Shown in pieces: positions 1 through 9,342 of a DNA stretch of 64,000 bases. Origin of the DNA: OCS155 cluster bacterium AG-333-G23. Its GTDB lineage: Bacteria > Actinomycetota > Acidimicrobiia > Actinomarinales > Actinomarinaceae. Every line of letters starts with the position of its first letter. The stretch's first letter is position 1. The position numbers and the translations under genes were made by a program. The stretch lies in assembly GCA_003282445.1 (NCBI GenBank), contig QBZE01000004.1:14836-78835 (forward strand), given 5' to 3'. Under the pieces are notes generated by a model, which was given only the letters and a program-made list of their open reading frames with translations, was not told where the DNA came from and ran no database searches.

Positions 1-1
1 T

Positions 2-469
2 ATTCCTGGTAGAACGGGCACGCTTATAGAACTAGATACTTTAGAAAAATTAGTGAATGATATCTCTATACATTCAATTAAAGATGCAGTAGGCGACATT
101 AAATTTTCTAAAGATCAAATTGATTTAATTGGTGAAAAAGTAAAAATTTACTCAGGAGACGATGCATTAACATTTGACTTTGTTAAAAATGGTGCAGTAG
201 GTGTTGTCTCAGTTGCTTCACATGTTGTTGGTAATGAAATATCTCAAATGATTAGCTATATTCAGTCAGGCGATATTAATAAAGCAGAAGAAATTAATAC
301 TTCATTACAAGAATTCTTTTCATTAATTTTTGAAGAACCTAGCCCTGGCCCTATCAAATATATTTTATCTCAGACCTGGGAGGACGTAGGAATGCCTTTA
401 TTACCTATTACAGCTATAAGTGATGATTTAAGCTTGAAATTACTGGATAATTATAAAAAAATTCAATAA
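2..469 (+). CDS. dapA: 4-hydroxy-tetrahydrodipicolinate synthase, C-terminal part (5' end outside window)
   Basis: The frame of ORF 53..469 stays open to the window edge (IPGRTGTLIELD...). It carries the DapA-type PGRTG motif and C-terminal region, and lies upstream of ftsK as in Actinobacteria. Confidence 0.8.
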   Translation: MPGRTGTLIELDTLEKLVNDISIHSIKDAVGDIKFSKDQIDLIGEKVKIYSGDDALTFDFVKNGAVGVVSVASHVVGNEISQMISYIQSGDINKAEEINTSLQEFFSLIFEEPSPGPIKYILSQTWEDVGMPLLPITAISDDLSLKLLDNYKKIQ

Positions 470-510
470 ATAAAAGCTTTTTTCCTCTAAAAGTATGATA
501 TAATGTATTT

Positions 511-2877
511 GTGGCTGTGAAGACATCCACTCGCAAAAGGGTAAATGGGCGTAAGCGGGTGTCTAAACAAAACAATTTAATAAAAGTTAACAAGGGCTTT
601 AAAACACTTAACTCAAGTATTAAAACTCTATTTTCTAATTTTCTTGGTTCCCATCAAACTCTTGCAATATTTATGTTTGCATTGGGGATATTTGTAGGTT
701 TATCTTCTTTTGGTAAGGGAGGGCCAATTGGAGAATTGTTACATGGCCTTCTTACATGGGCTTTTGGTTATGCTACCTATTCACTTCCATTACTACTTTT
801 TTATGGCTCAGCAATTTTAATTAGAGATAAAGAAGTAATTAAGTCTCAAAATGTTTTTACAGGTACTATTTATGTTCAAATATGCTCAGCTTCGTTATTT
901 CATTTTTATATTCATTCTGAACCATTATCAATAAGTGTAGGAAGCAATATATTACAAAAAGCAGGTGGTTTCGTTTCAGCATTTATAGTTTATCCACTAA
1001 ATAATATGCTTGATCAACAAATGACCCATGCAGTTTTATTAATTGGTTTAATTATCTCAGTGTTAAAAATGACAGATATTGACTTAAAAGATTTAATTGG
1101 CGGGGGTCAAGCCATAATTATTTATATTTATAAATTTATATTTGCATTTTTTAAAGCTAGAAGAGAAGTTTCAAAAGTTAATTTTGAAAATATCCTTGAA
1201 GTAAATGAAAATGTTAATACTGATGAAGAAGAAGATATAAAAAATAATGTTCTTAAATTAAAAACAAAAAAAACTAATAAAAAGAAAGATGAATCATTAG
1301 AAAATACATTAAATAATAAAAAAGAAGTAAAGAAATACAATAATATTCAGAAGAACAATAATAAATACATTTTACCACCGCTTAAGTTACTTAAAAGTGG
1401 TTCATCTGTTTCAACCTCTAAAAAATTATTGCAACAAACTGCAACAGATTTAACAAACCTACTTAAAGAGCATGGTGTTGAAGCTGAACTTACAAATATC
1501 GTACCAGGTCCAACTGTAACTAGATATGAAGTTGAATTAGCTCCTGGTGTAAAAGTTTCGAAAGTTACTTCTCTTTCTCATGATATTGCTTATGCACTAG
1601 CTACACCAGATGTTAGGTTGCTTGCTCCAATTCCAGGTAGAAGCGCAATAGGAATAGAAATACCTAACAGGCAGAGAAAACTAGTTTCACTTGGAGATGT
1701 ACTCTCATCTACCGAAGCTAAAAAAGAATATCATCCATTATCAGTTGCATTAGGATTAGATATTTCAGGAAAACCAAGACTTTTCAATTTATCTGAATTA
1801 CCTCATGTCTTGATAGCTGGTCAAACTGGTGCTGGTAAATCTTCTTGTATTAATTCAATAGTAACTTCATTATTAACAAGAACTAATCCTGACGAAGTCA
1901 AAATGGTAATGGTAGATCCAAAGAGAGTAGAACTTGGCCAATACAATAATGTCCCACATTTGTTAACTAAAGTTATTACTAATCCAAAAAAGGCTGTAGA
2001 TGCATTAACATGGGCTGTTTCTGAAATGGATAGAAGATATGATTTATTAGCTGAAGGTCAAGTTAGAGATATCAATGGTTACCATGAAAAGTTTGATGCA
2101 GGTCTTTTAGATCCAGAAAAATTTGATAGATTCCCATACATTGTTGTTTTTATAGATGAGCTCAATGATTTAATGATGGTCGCAGGTAGAGAAGTAGAAT
2201 CTGCTATTGTACGCCTAGCTCAAATGGCTAGAGCTATTGGAATACATTTAGTTGTAGCAACTCAAAGACCATCTGTTGATGTTATTACAGGTGTTATGAA
2301 AGCAAATATTCCATCAAGATTGGCATTCTCAGTAGCTTCAACTACAGACTCTAGAGTTATATTAGATCAATCTGGAGCAGAGAAATTAATTGGGTTAGGA
2401 GATATGTTAGTAGTAACTGCTTCAAATCCTAGATTAGAAAGAATTCAAGGAGCATGGGTAACGGAAAAAGAAATCAAAGATGTAGTCTCATGGGTTAAAT
2501 CTCAAAAAGATGCAGATTACAATCCTGCTGTTATAGAAGAACAGAAAAAGATTGTAAGCACTACTGAAAATGATCTTGGTGAAGACGAAGTATTAATTCA
2601 AACTGCAAAAGAATTAGTAGTTCGTTCTCAATTAGGTTCAACATCAATGCTTCAGAGAAAACTAAGAGTCGGTTTTGCTAGAGCTGGAAGATTAATGGAT
2701 ATTTTAGAAGATCAAGGAGTAGTCGGACCCTCAGAAGGTTCAAAAGCAAGAGAAGTATTAATAACTGTTGAAGAATTTGAAACACAAAACTTATCAACTA
2801 TTGATGATGAGCAAACAACTGAAGAGAAAAACTCAGATGAAAATGACACTTCAGATGATGAAAATTGGTTTGAATAA
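511..2877 (+). CDS. ftsK: DNA translocase FtsK
   Basis: N-terminal TM helices; Walker A GQTGAGKSS; Walker B VVFIDELNDL; ATQRPSVDVITG motor motif; C-terminal gamma wHTH (MLQRKLRVGFARAGRLMDILE). GTG start. Confidence 0.95.
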   Translation: MAVKTSTRKRVNGRKRVSKQNNLIKVNKGFKTLNSSIKTLFSNFLGSHQTLAIFMFALGIFVGLSSFGKGGPIGELLHGLLTWAFGYATYSLPLLLFYGSAILIRDKEVIKSQNVFTGTIYVQICSASLFHFYIHSEPLSISVGSNILQKAGGFVSAFIVYPLNNMLDQQMTHAVLLIGLIISVLKMTDIDLKDLIGGGQAIIIYIYKFIFAFFKARREVSKVNFENILEVNENVNTDEEEDIKNNVLKLKTKKTNKKKDESLENTLNNKKEVKKYNNIQKNNNKYILPPLKLLKSGSSVSTSKKLLQQTATDLTNLLKEHGVEAELTNIVPGPTVTRYEVELAPGVKVSKVTSLSHDIAYALATPDVRLLAPIPGRSAIGIEIPNRQRKLVSLGDVLSSTEAKKEYHPLSVALGLDISGKPRLFNLSELPHVLIAGQTGAGKSSCINSIVTSLLTRTNPDEVKMVMVDPKRVELGQYNNVPHLLTKVITNPKKAVDALTWAVSEMDRRYDLLAEGQVRDINGYHEKFDAGLLDPEKFDRFPYIVVFIDELNDLMMVAGREVESAIVRLAQMARAIGIHLVVATQRPSVDVITGVMKANIPSRLAFSVASTTDSRVILDQSGAEKLIGLGDMLVVTASNPRLERIQGAWVTEKEIKDVVSWVKSQKDADYNPAVIEEQKKIVSTTENDLGEDEVLIQTAKELVVRSQLGSTSMLQRKLRVGFARAGRLMDILEDQGVVGPSEGSKAREVLITVEEFETQNLSTIDDEQTTEEKNSDENDTSDDENWFE

Positions 2878-2878
2878 A

Positions 2879-3682
2879 TCAAACAATAATTTCTCTACCT
2901 TTAATAATTCTTCTTCTAATTGCTGCTGATATTGTATCAACAATTAATACCATTAATATAGTCACAACAAGTACAGTTCCTGCACGTGGAAAGTCTCTAA
3001 ATCTCAATTGATTAATTAATTCTGCACCAACACCACCTGCTCCAACAATACCTAACACAGCAGATGCTCTTAAATTTATTTCAAATCTATATAACCAGTA
3101 GGATGTAATTGTCGGCATTACTTGAGGAACAACACCAAAAAAAAGAACATTAAGTTTAGATCCACCAGAAGATTTTATAGATTCTAATGGACCATCATCT
3201 ATGCCTTCTATTACTTCTGAGGATAGTTTTCCTAAGGTACCTATGGAGTGTATGCCAACAGCTAATGTTCCCGTTAAAGGTCCAAGGCCAGTAATTGGTA
3301 GTAAAACAAAAGCTAATATTAATTCTGGAAAAGCTCTTATAATATTTAAAATTTGTTTTGTAACCCTGCTAATTGTATTAATTGAAGTATTATTAGCTGC
3401 TAAAAAAGATACAGGAAAACTAAAAATAGCACCTATTACAGTACCTGCCCAAGCAATAAATAAAGACTCAGCAACTTTTGGTACAATTCTATCAATTGCC
3501 TCTTGTGATAAATCTAGAGGAAACATTGCTGAGATAAGTATCCATATTTTACCTGGTGCTGATAAAAATCTATCTGGTGTAATTTCAAGTCCAGAAGCTG
3601 ACCATATTGATCCTACAACTATTAAAAAAGTTATTAAATATTTAAGTATTTTTTGATTTAATGGTTGTGAAGGAATCTTCAT
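2879..3682 (-). CDS. phnE: phosphonate/phosphite ABC transporter permease
   Basis: Multi-TM binding-protein-dependent permease with EAA-type loop (IEGIDDGPLESIKSSGGSKLNV). An ATGA start/stop overlap with the upstream permease and an AAGGA RBS favour ATG 3682 over the ORF-track start 3703. Confidence 0.85.
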   Translation of the reverse strand: MKIPSQPLNQKILKYLITFLIVVGSIWSASGLEITPDRFLSAPGKIWILISAMFPLDLSQEAIDRIVPKVAESLFIAWAGTVIGAIFSFPVSFLAANNTSINTISRVTKQILNIIRAFPELILAFVLLPITGLGPLTGTLAVGIHSIGTLGKLSSEVIEGIDDGPLESIKSSGGSKLNVLFFGVVPQVMPTITSYWLYRFEINLRASAVLGIVGAGGVGAELINQLRFRDFPRAGTVLVVTILMVLIVDTISAAIRRRIIKGREIIV

Positions 3683-4461
3683 AATATTTTCCTTCTTAGC
3701 CAAACACTAAACTGTTCAATGCCGATAACTATAACTAGAATAAAAATAATTATTGGAGAGATTCTATCGAATCTCAAGAATATTCTTTGAGTCTCTATAA
3801 TTCTACCAACACCCCCAGCACCAACTAAACCTAAAATTACTGACGCTCTAATACATAGTTCAAATATATATAAAAAATAAGCTGTGAAATTTGGAAGAAT
3901 TTGTGGCAATGCAGAACTAAAAACAGCTTGATTATGCTTAGCTCCACTAGCTTTTGCTGCTTCTAAAGGTCCTAAGTCAATACTGTCAATTGTTTCTGAT
4001 AATAGCTTTCCCATAATAGCCATTGAAAACATAACTAACGCAAGTACACCTGCAAAAGGTCCTAACCCAACTGCAACTGTAAATAACATTGCCCAGAATA
4101 AATCAGGAATAGTTCTAATAAAATTTAAAAAAGATTTATAAATAAAGTAAGTGGTTGTAGTTTGATTTGTAGCTCGTGATGCATAAAAAGATAATGGGAG
4201 TGCAATAAAACAACCAAGTATGCTGGCTAGGATTGCTATTTGAATTGTTTCAATTAGTGCTTGAGAAGCATTTTCTATTGCCCAATCCCATTTTGGATTA
4301 AATAATGTATCTGTAACGAGTCTTCTATTAGCAAAATTTCTCTTAAAATCTTCTAAATTGAATCCAATTTGAAAAAAAGAAAAAATACTGAACGCAATAG
4401 TAAATGGATAACCTATAACAGCAAGTAAAGAAGGTAGTGGCTTCTTAGGTACTTTATTCAT
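3679..4461 (-). CDS. phnE: phosphonate/phosphite ABC transporter permease (second copy)
   Basis: Paralog of the downstream permease with the same EAA loop (IDSIDLGPLEAAKASGAKHNQ). Overlaps phnC by 8 nt. Confidence 0.85.
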   Translation of the reverse strand: MNKVPKKPLPSLLAVIGYPFTIAFSIFSFFQIGFNLEDFKRNFANRRLVTDTLFNPKWDWAIENASQALIETIQIAILASILGCFIALPLSFYASRATNQTTTTYFIYKSFLNFIRTIPDLFWAMLFTVAVGLGPFAGVLALVMFSMAIMGKLLSETIDSIDLGPLEAAKASGAKHNQAVFSSALPQILPNFTAYFLYIFELCIRASVILGLVGAGGVGRIIETQRIFLRFDRISPIIIFILVIVIGIEQFSVWLRRKIL

Positions 4462-5224
4462 CTTCTCCTAATAAATCTGAAGATTTAATAGCTCTTCCAT
4501 ATATATTTTCAAAATCTTGATCACTTACATCATTTACTTTTCCATCGTAAACTAGTTCACCATCCTTTAACCCAATCAATCTTTCACCAAATTCCTTAGC
4601 AAGATCTAAAAAATGAAGATTTACAATTGTTGTTATACCTAATTCTTGATTAATTTGTTTTAAATATTTCATAACAACTCTTGAAGTAATTGGATCAAGC
4701 GATGCAACTGGTTCATCTGCAAGCATTACTTTAGGCTTTTGAGCTAAAGCTCGAGCTATTCCTACTCTTTGTTGTTGACCTCCGGAGAGATTTGAACCTC
4801 TGACATATGCTTTTTCTAATATTTCTACTTTGTTTAAAGATTCGAATGCAATATCTTTATCTTCTTTTGGCCAGAGGCCAAATATAGAACGAATAGTTGA
4901 AACTTGACTCAATCTTCCAGTTAAAACATTTTTTAAAACTGAAGACCTATTAACTAAATTAAAGGTTTGAAAAATCATACCAATATCAGAACGTATAACT
5001 TTTAATTCTTTTTTCGAGGCATTTGTAACATTTTTAGAATCTACTAGTACTTCACCTTCAGTTGGCTTTACAAGATTGTTTATAGTTCTTAAAAGAGTAG
5101 ATTTACCTGCACCAGACATACCTACTATTATTACAAAATCACCTTCTGTGATATCTAAGGTTATATTTTTTAGAGCTTCTACACCACCAGGGTAGGTAAC
5201 GCTAATATTTTTAAATTCAATCAT
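4454..5224 (-). CDS. phnC: phosphonate ABC transporter ATP-binding protein
   Basis: Walker A GMSGAGKST, ABC signature LSGGQQQRV, Walker B VMLADEP. The N-terminus and length are PhnC-like. Confidence 0.9.
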   Translation of the reverse strand: MIEFKNISVTYPGGVEALKNITLDITEGDFVIIVGMSGAGKSTLLRTINNLVKPTEGEVLVDSKNVTNASKKELKVIRSDIGMIFQTFNLVNRSSVLKNVLTGRLSQVSTIRSIFGLWPKEDKDIAFESLNKVEILEKAYVRGSNLSGGQQQRVGIARALAQKPKVMLADEPVASLDPITSRVVMKYLKQINQELGITTIVNLHFLDLAKEFGERLIGLKDGELVYDGKVNDVSDQDFENIYGRAIKSSDLLGEDE

Positions 5225-5232
5225 AATTTATC

Positions 5233-5265
5233 AAAAAAAAACTAGGGCAGTTTTTACTGCCCTAG
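5233..5265 (-). terminator. intrinsic-terminator-like hairpin between phnD and phnC
   Basis: Perfect 10-bp stem CTAGGGCAGT/ACTGCCCTAG (5242..5251 / 5256..5265) with a 4-nt loop. On the - strand it is followed by a T9 run (5241..5233). Confidence 0.7.
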
Positions 5266-5276
5266 TTTTAAATATA

Positions 5277-6398
5277 TTAGTCGTCGTAAAGACCGAATTC
5301 TTCTGCTGCTTCTCTAACAACGTCAAATTCTGAATTAACAGCTGGTACTAAATCAGTCCAACCATAAATCTCATCCATCATTGCTGCACCTTCATCAGTA
5401 GCAATATATGTAGCTAAAATATCATATATTTGTTGCTTAAGATCTGCAGGTAAGTCTGTACGAACTGCAATAACATCATTAGGAATTTCATCAGTTATTC
5501 CAAATGCAATAACTTTTTCACCAACATCAGGGTTAGTTTTTCTTAATGTTCTTCTTGCATCATCATAAGTAACACCGAACTTAGCATCACCATTATAAAG
5601 TCCTGCGATTACACCATCATGTGAACCAGCATATCTTTGAGTGATATCACTTCTGTAATCTATTCCAGCATTTTTAAGTTGTAAAGAAGGATAAAGATAT
5701 CCAGATGTTGAACCTTCTTCAACAAAAAGTACTTCTTCACCTAACATAACTGATAAATCTGCTTCGCAAACTAGTCCCGGACTTGTTGTAACTCCGTCTC
5801 GTACTTCAGGAATCATTCCATCATCACCAAAACCCCAGCCAACTTGTAATGCTTTTACATCAGGTGGCATAGTTTCAGAGCCAGTTACTAAAGTAGCAAC
5901 TCCATCGATGTTTTCATATGCACCAATGACAGGTGTTGACTTACATACACTTGCATCAGTCGTCCACCATGTTCCATGGTAAGAGCCTGAACCATATCTT
6001 ACAGATTTGGCTATTGCCTCAAATCTTGTAGGGAATGCATTCATAGCAGTTACATAACCCAATGTAGCAAAAGCACCAACATCGGCTTGTCCAGAACCCA
6101 TTGCAACTAGTAGACCTGAATAATCACTTGTTACGATTCCTTCAACTTCAATTCCTAAACCATCACTTAAAACTTTCATCATAGGTTGAATGTTATCTAA
6201 TAGTTCAGCTTGTTCTGCACTTGGAACAAAGCCAAAAATAATTTTATCTATAACAGGCGCAGCTGTAGTAGCTGGCTTATCTAGAGTTTCGACTTCTTCA
6301 ACAACTGCAGGTTCTTCTACAACTTCTTCTTCTGCTGCTCCACCACAAGCGGTAAGCACCATAGTTAAAGAAAGTAGAATAAGAAATGATTTTTTCAC
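5277..6398 (-). CDS. phnD: phosphonate/phosphite ABC transporter substrate-binding lipoprotein (PhnD family)
   Basis: Lipobox LTACGG, acidic linker, PhnD-like core (FGFVPSAEQ...GSGQADVGAF). GTG start preceded by GGAGGA. Confidence 0.85.
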   Translation of the reverse strand: MKKSFLILLSLTMVLTACGGAAEEEVVEEPAVVEEVETLDKPATTAAPVIDKIIFGFVPSAEQAELLDNIQPMMKVLSDGLGIEVEGIVTSDYSGLLVAMGSGQADVGAFATLGYVTAMNAFPTRFEAIAKSVRYGSGSYHGTWWTTDASVCKSTPVIGAYENIDGVATLVTGSETMPPDVKALQVGWGFGDDGMIPEVRDGVTTSPGLVCEADLSVMLGEEVLFVEEGSTSGYLYPSLQLKNAGIDYRSDITQRYAGSHDGVIAGLYNGDAKFGVTYDDARRTLRKTNPDVGEKVIAFGITDEIPNDVIAVRTDLPADLKQQIYDILATYIATDEGAAMMDEIYGWTDLVPAVNSEFDVVREAAEEFGLYDD

Positions 6399-6469
6399 AT
6401 TTTCCTCCGCTTAGTTATAACTTCATACTACTTATTTACATTCTAAAAAGTTTGAAATTAGGTAAATTA

Positions 6470-6913
6470 TTAAAATCCATTTACAGGTATGTATCCATAC
6501 TCTCTATAGATAACTTCGCCATTTTGATCTAAGATTATTGTTATTGGCTGTCCAATTACTTTATATTTATCTCTTATTTCTTGTGTTGATAAACCAATAT
6601 TCAAAACTCCATTTAAATTATTTTTTACCCATGAATTAGTAGAAACCAAATCACTATGAGCTAAAGCCAAAACGTCATATTCTTCAATTAGTTTATCTAT
6701 ATTAGCTTCTAAGACAGGCAACTCCTGTCTGCATGTTCCTCAGTAGTCCGCCCAAAAAACAATTATTGTATTTTTATTAGTTAGATTTTCATTAACAAAT
6801 TCTCCATCTAAATTTTGATATGTTAATTCCATAATAGGAGCAGTAGCCATCTCGCTACTTGAAGTAGATGTACAAGATACTAATAATATAAAAATTAGAA
6901 CTAGTTTTTTCAT
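6470..6913 (-). CDS. TlpA/ResA-like thioredoxin-fold lipoprotein with in-frame TGA (candidate selenocysteine) at the CxxC nucleophile position
   Basis: ATG 6913..6911 gives MKKLVLIFILLVSC (lipobox)...IIVFWADY-TGA(6742..6740)-GTCRQELPVLEAN. This continues in the same frame into ORF 6470..6721 (VIGQPITIILDQNGEVIY, thioredoxin-fold C-terminus). Total is 148 codons including the stop. Confidence 0.65.
6712..6730 (-). promoter_or_regulatory. SECIS-like hairpin downstream of the in-frame UGA
   Basis: The mRNA reads UGA-GGAACAUGC-AGACAGG-AGUUG-CCUGUCU. This is a perfect 7-bp stem with a 5-nt G/U-containing loop; the loop begins 16 nt after the UGA. Confidence 0.5.
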
Positions 6914-6960
6914 ATGTAATCCTTAATAATATTACACGGTAATATTGCTAATCTAAAATT

Positions 6961-8166
6961 ATGAAAATTGGATTGTTGACAGTAGGAACTGAAATATTAT
7001 TAGGAGATACTCTTAATACAAACTTATCCAGTTTAGGTAATATTTTATATAATTCAGGATTCACTCTTAGTACAGAATTAACAGTTTCTGACGATGAAGT
7101 AGAGATTACGGATGGATTTAAATATGTAGAAAGTAAAAATGATGTAATTATTATATGTGGCGGCTTAGGACCTACTGAAGATGATATAACAAAAGAAGTA
7201 ATTTCAAAATATTTAAATCTAGAGTTAATTCTTGATAATAAACATGTATCTTGGATGGAAGAAAGATGGAAATCGAGAGGAATAATAATGCCTGAAACAA
7301 ATATTAAGCAGGCATTAATACCAGATGGTTTTAAAAAATTAATAAACACCAAAGGAACTGCACCAGGGCTACATTTAGAAACCGATGCTAAGAATGTATT
7401 CATTCTACCTGGGCCTCCAAATGAATTTATCCCATTAGTTAGAGATGAGGTAGTACCATTTTTGGAAAGTACTTACAAAGGCAACACAAAAGATTACCAA
7501 TTTATTTTATTTTATAATCAAGCAGAATCACATTTAGCTAGTGAAATAAATAAATTTAAACCTAAAGATATTGACCTTGCATATTTAGCTAGCAAAGGAA
7601 TCATTAAATTAAGATATGATAAAAATTCACTTTCAAAGCAAAATTATGAAAAGTTTTTAATTGATATAAAAGATAATTTTGGTGATGATATCTTAGCTTT
7701 TGAGAATGTGGATATTTCTTCAATATTATTTGAATTACTAAAGTCTAATAATTTAAAAATTACTACCGTTGAAAGCATTACAGGGGGTTCAATAGCCTCT
7801 AAGTTAACTCAAAATTCAGGAATAAGTAATAATTTTATTTCTGGAGATATAGTTTATACATCCTTAGCTAAATCAAAACTCTTAAATGTTGATCTAGATA
7901 CTGATGATTGGGAAGAACTTAGTATCGAGCTATGCTTTGCATCTTTAAAAAAATATGATTCAAATATTTCAATTTCTATATTGGGGGAGGCAGGCCCCAT
8001 AACAAGCAGTCAATATCCAGTAGGAAAAATATTTATTGCTATAACTAACAATGACAAGACACAAGTGACAGAACATAAATTAAATGGAAATAGAAGTGAA
8101 ATAATTGAAAGAGCTTCAAATAAAGCCATATGGGAACTTATTAAATTTATTAAATCCTTGTATTAG
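6961..8166 (+). CDS. cinA: CinA family protein (MoCF-type domain plus nicotinamide-nucleotide amidohydrolase PncC domain)
   Basis: N-terminal GTEILLGDTLNTN...CGGLGPTEDD. C-terminal CinA/PncC domain (TVESITGGSIAS). Lies immediately upstream of recA. Confidence 0.9.
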   Translation: MKIGLLTVGTEILLGDTLNTNLSSLGNILYNSGFTLSTELTVSDDEVEITDGFKYVESKNDVIIICGGLGPTEDDITKEVISKYLNLELILDNKHVSWMEERWKSRGIIMPETNIKQALIPDGFKKLINTKGTAPGLHLETDAKNVFILPGPPNEFIPLVRDEVVPFLESTYKGNTKDYQFILFYNQAESHLASEINKFKPKDIDLAYLASKGIIKLRYDKNSLSKQNYEKFLIDIKDNFGDDILAFENVDISSILFELLKSNNLKITTVESITGGSIASKLTQNSGISNNFISGDIVYTSLAKSKLLNVDLDTDDWEELSIELCFASLKKYDSNISISILGEAGPITSSQYPVGKIFIAITNNDKTQVTEHKLNGNRSEIIERASNKAIWELIKFIKSLY

Positions 8167-8179
8167 AACATATGTTCTA
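8164..8179 (+). promoter_or_regulatory. LexA (SOS) box upstream of recA
   Basis: Perfect palindrome TAGAAC-ATAT-GTTCTA (GAAC-N4-GTTC core), 64-79 nt upstream of the recA ATG. It overlaps the cinA stop codon. Confidence 0.8.
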
Positions 8180-8242
8180 GTAAAATATGTCTTATAAAGA
8201 TGTTTTAATTAAAGTTAATTAATCTATAAATAGGAGATAAAA

Positions 8243-9307
8243 ATGGATAAAGACAGGGCAAAAAAACTAGATACAGTTTTTGACCAAATAGAAAAGCAGT
8301 TCGGCGAAGGTTCCTTGATGAAACTTGGTACTGATAATGTAAAAAAGGTACCCGCAATATCAACAGGCGCTTTATCGATAGACTTGGCTTTAGGAATAGG
8401 TGGAATACCTAAAGGTAGAGTTGTTGAAATATATGGTCCTGAAAGTTCAGGTAAAACTACACTCTCTTTACATGTAGCTGCTGAAGCTCAAAAAGCCGGT
8501 GGGGTAGCAGCATTTATAGATGCAGAACATGCATTAGATCCTGTATATGCATCAGCACTCGGTGTTGATATAGATGAGTTATTGGTATCCCAACCCGACA
8601 CTGGAGAACAAGCACTTGAAATAGCAGATATGCTTATTGAGTCTGGAGGTGTTGATATTGTAATAATAGATTCAGTTGCAGCATTAGTACCAAAAGCTGA
8701 AATTGATGGTGAAATGGGTCAATCTCACGTTGGTATACAAGCACGACTTATGTCTCAAGCATTAAGAAAGTTAACTGGATCAATTAATAAAACACAAACT
8801 ACAGTTATTTTCATTAATCAAATAAGAGAAAAAATTGGTGTTATGTGGGGATCTCCAGAAACAACAAGTGGTGGTAGAGCTTTGAAATTCTATGCTTCCG
8901 TAAGAATAGATATAAGAAGAATCGAAACTTTAAAAGTAGGTGCTGAGATGATTGGCAATAGGATACGAGCAAAAATTGTTAAAAACAAAGTTGCACCTCC
9001 TTTCAGAGAGGCCGAATTCGATATTATGTTTGGAAAAGGAATATCAAGAGAAGGAAGTCTTTTAGATGTCGGAGTAGAACACGGTATTGTTAGAAAAGGC
9101 GGTGCCTGGTTCACATATGACGAAGTTCAGCTTGGTCAAGGTAAGGAAAATTCTAAAAATTATCTACGAGAGAATCCAGATCTTGCTTTGCAACTAGAAA
9201 ATGATGTTTATAAAGCAGTTGGAATGGTAGATATCGAAGAAACAGCGAATGAGGATGTTGTTGATGAGGGTTCTAAAGAAAAAAAAGAAACTAATAAGAA
9301 AAAGTAG
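8243..9307 (+). CDS. recA: recombinase RecA
   Basis: Walker [18 protein letters not shown], RecA signature [14 protein letters not shown], charged C-terminal tail. Confidence 0.97.
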   Translation: MDKDRAKKLDTVFDQIEKQFGEGSLMKLGTDNVKKVPAISTGALSIDLALGIGGIPKGRVVEIYGPESSGKTTLSLHVAAEAQKAGGVAAFIDAEHALDPVYASALGVDIDELLVSQPDTGEQALEIADMLIESGGVDIVIIDSVAALVPKAEIDGEMGQSHVGIQARLMSQALRKLTGSINKTQTTVIFINQIREKIGVMWGSPETTSGGRALKFYASVRIDIRRIETLKVGAEMIGNRIRAKIVKNKVAPPFREAEFDIMFGKGISREGSLLDVGVEHGIVRKGGAWFTYDEVQLGQGKENSKNYLRENPDLALQLENDVYKAVGMVDIEETANEDVVDEGSKEKKETNKKK

Positions 9308-9342
9308 TATTTATTTAATTAAAACTTTCATATAATTTAAAT

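Noticed and set aside
3201-3656. Long antisense ORFs from the ORF track. Examples: 3201..3656, 6948..7403, 24603..25265, 33738..34451, 55457..55813, 58650..59168, 62328..62687.
   Set aside because: Each lies entirely inside a well-supported gene on the opposite strand. Each has low-complexity Ser/Ile/Leu/Phe-rich composition typical of shadow frames in AT-rich DNA, and none has a recognisable motif.
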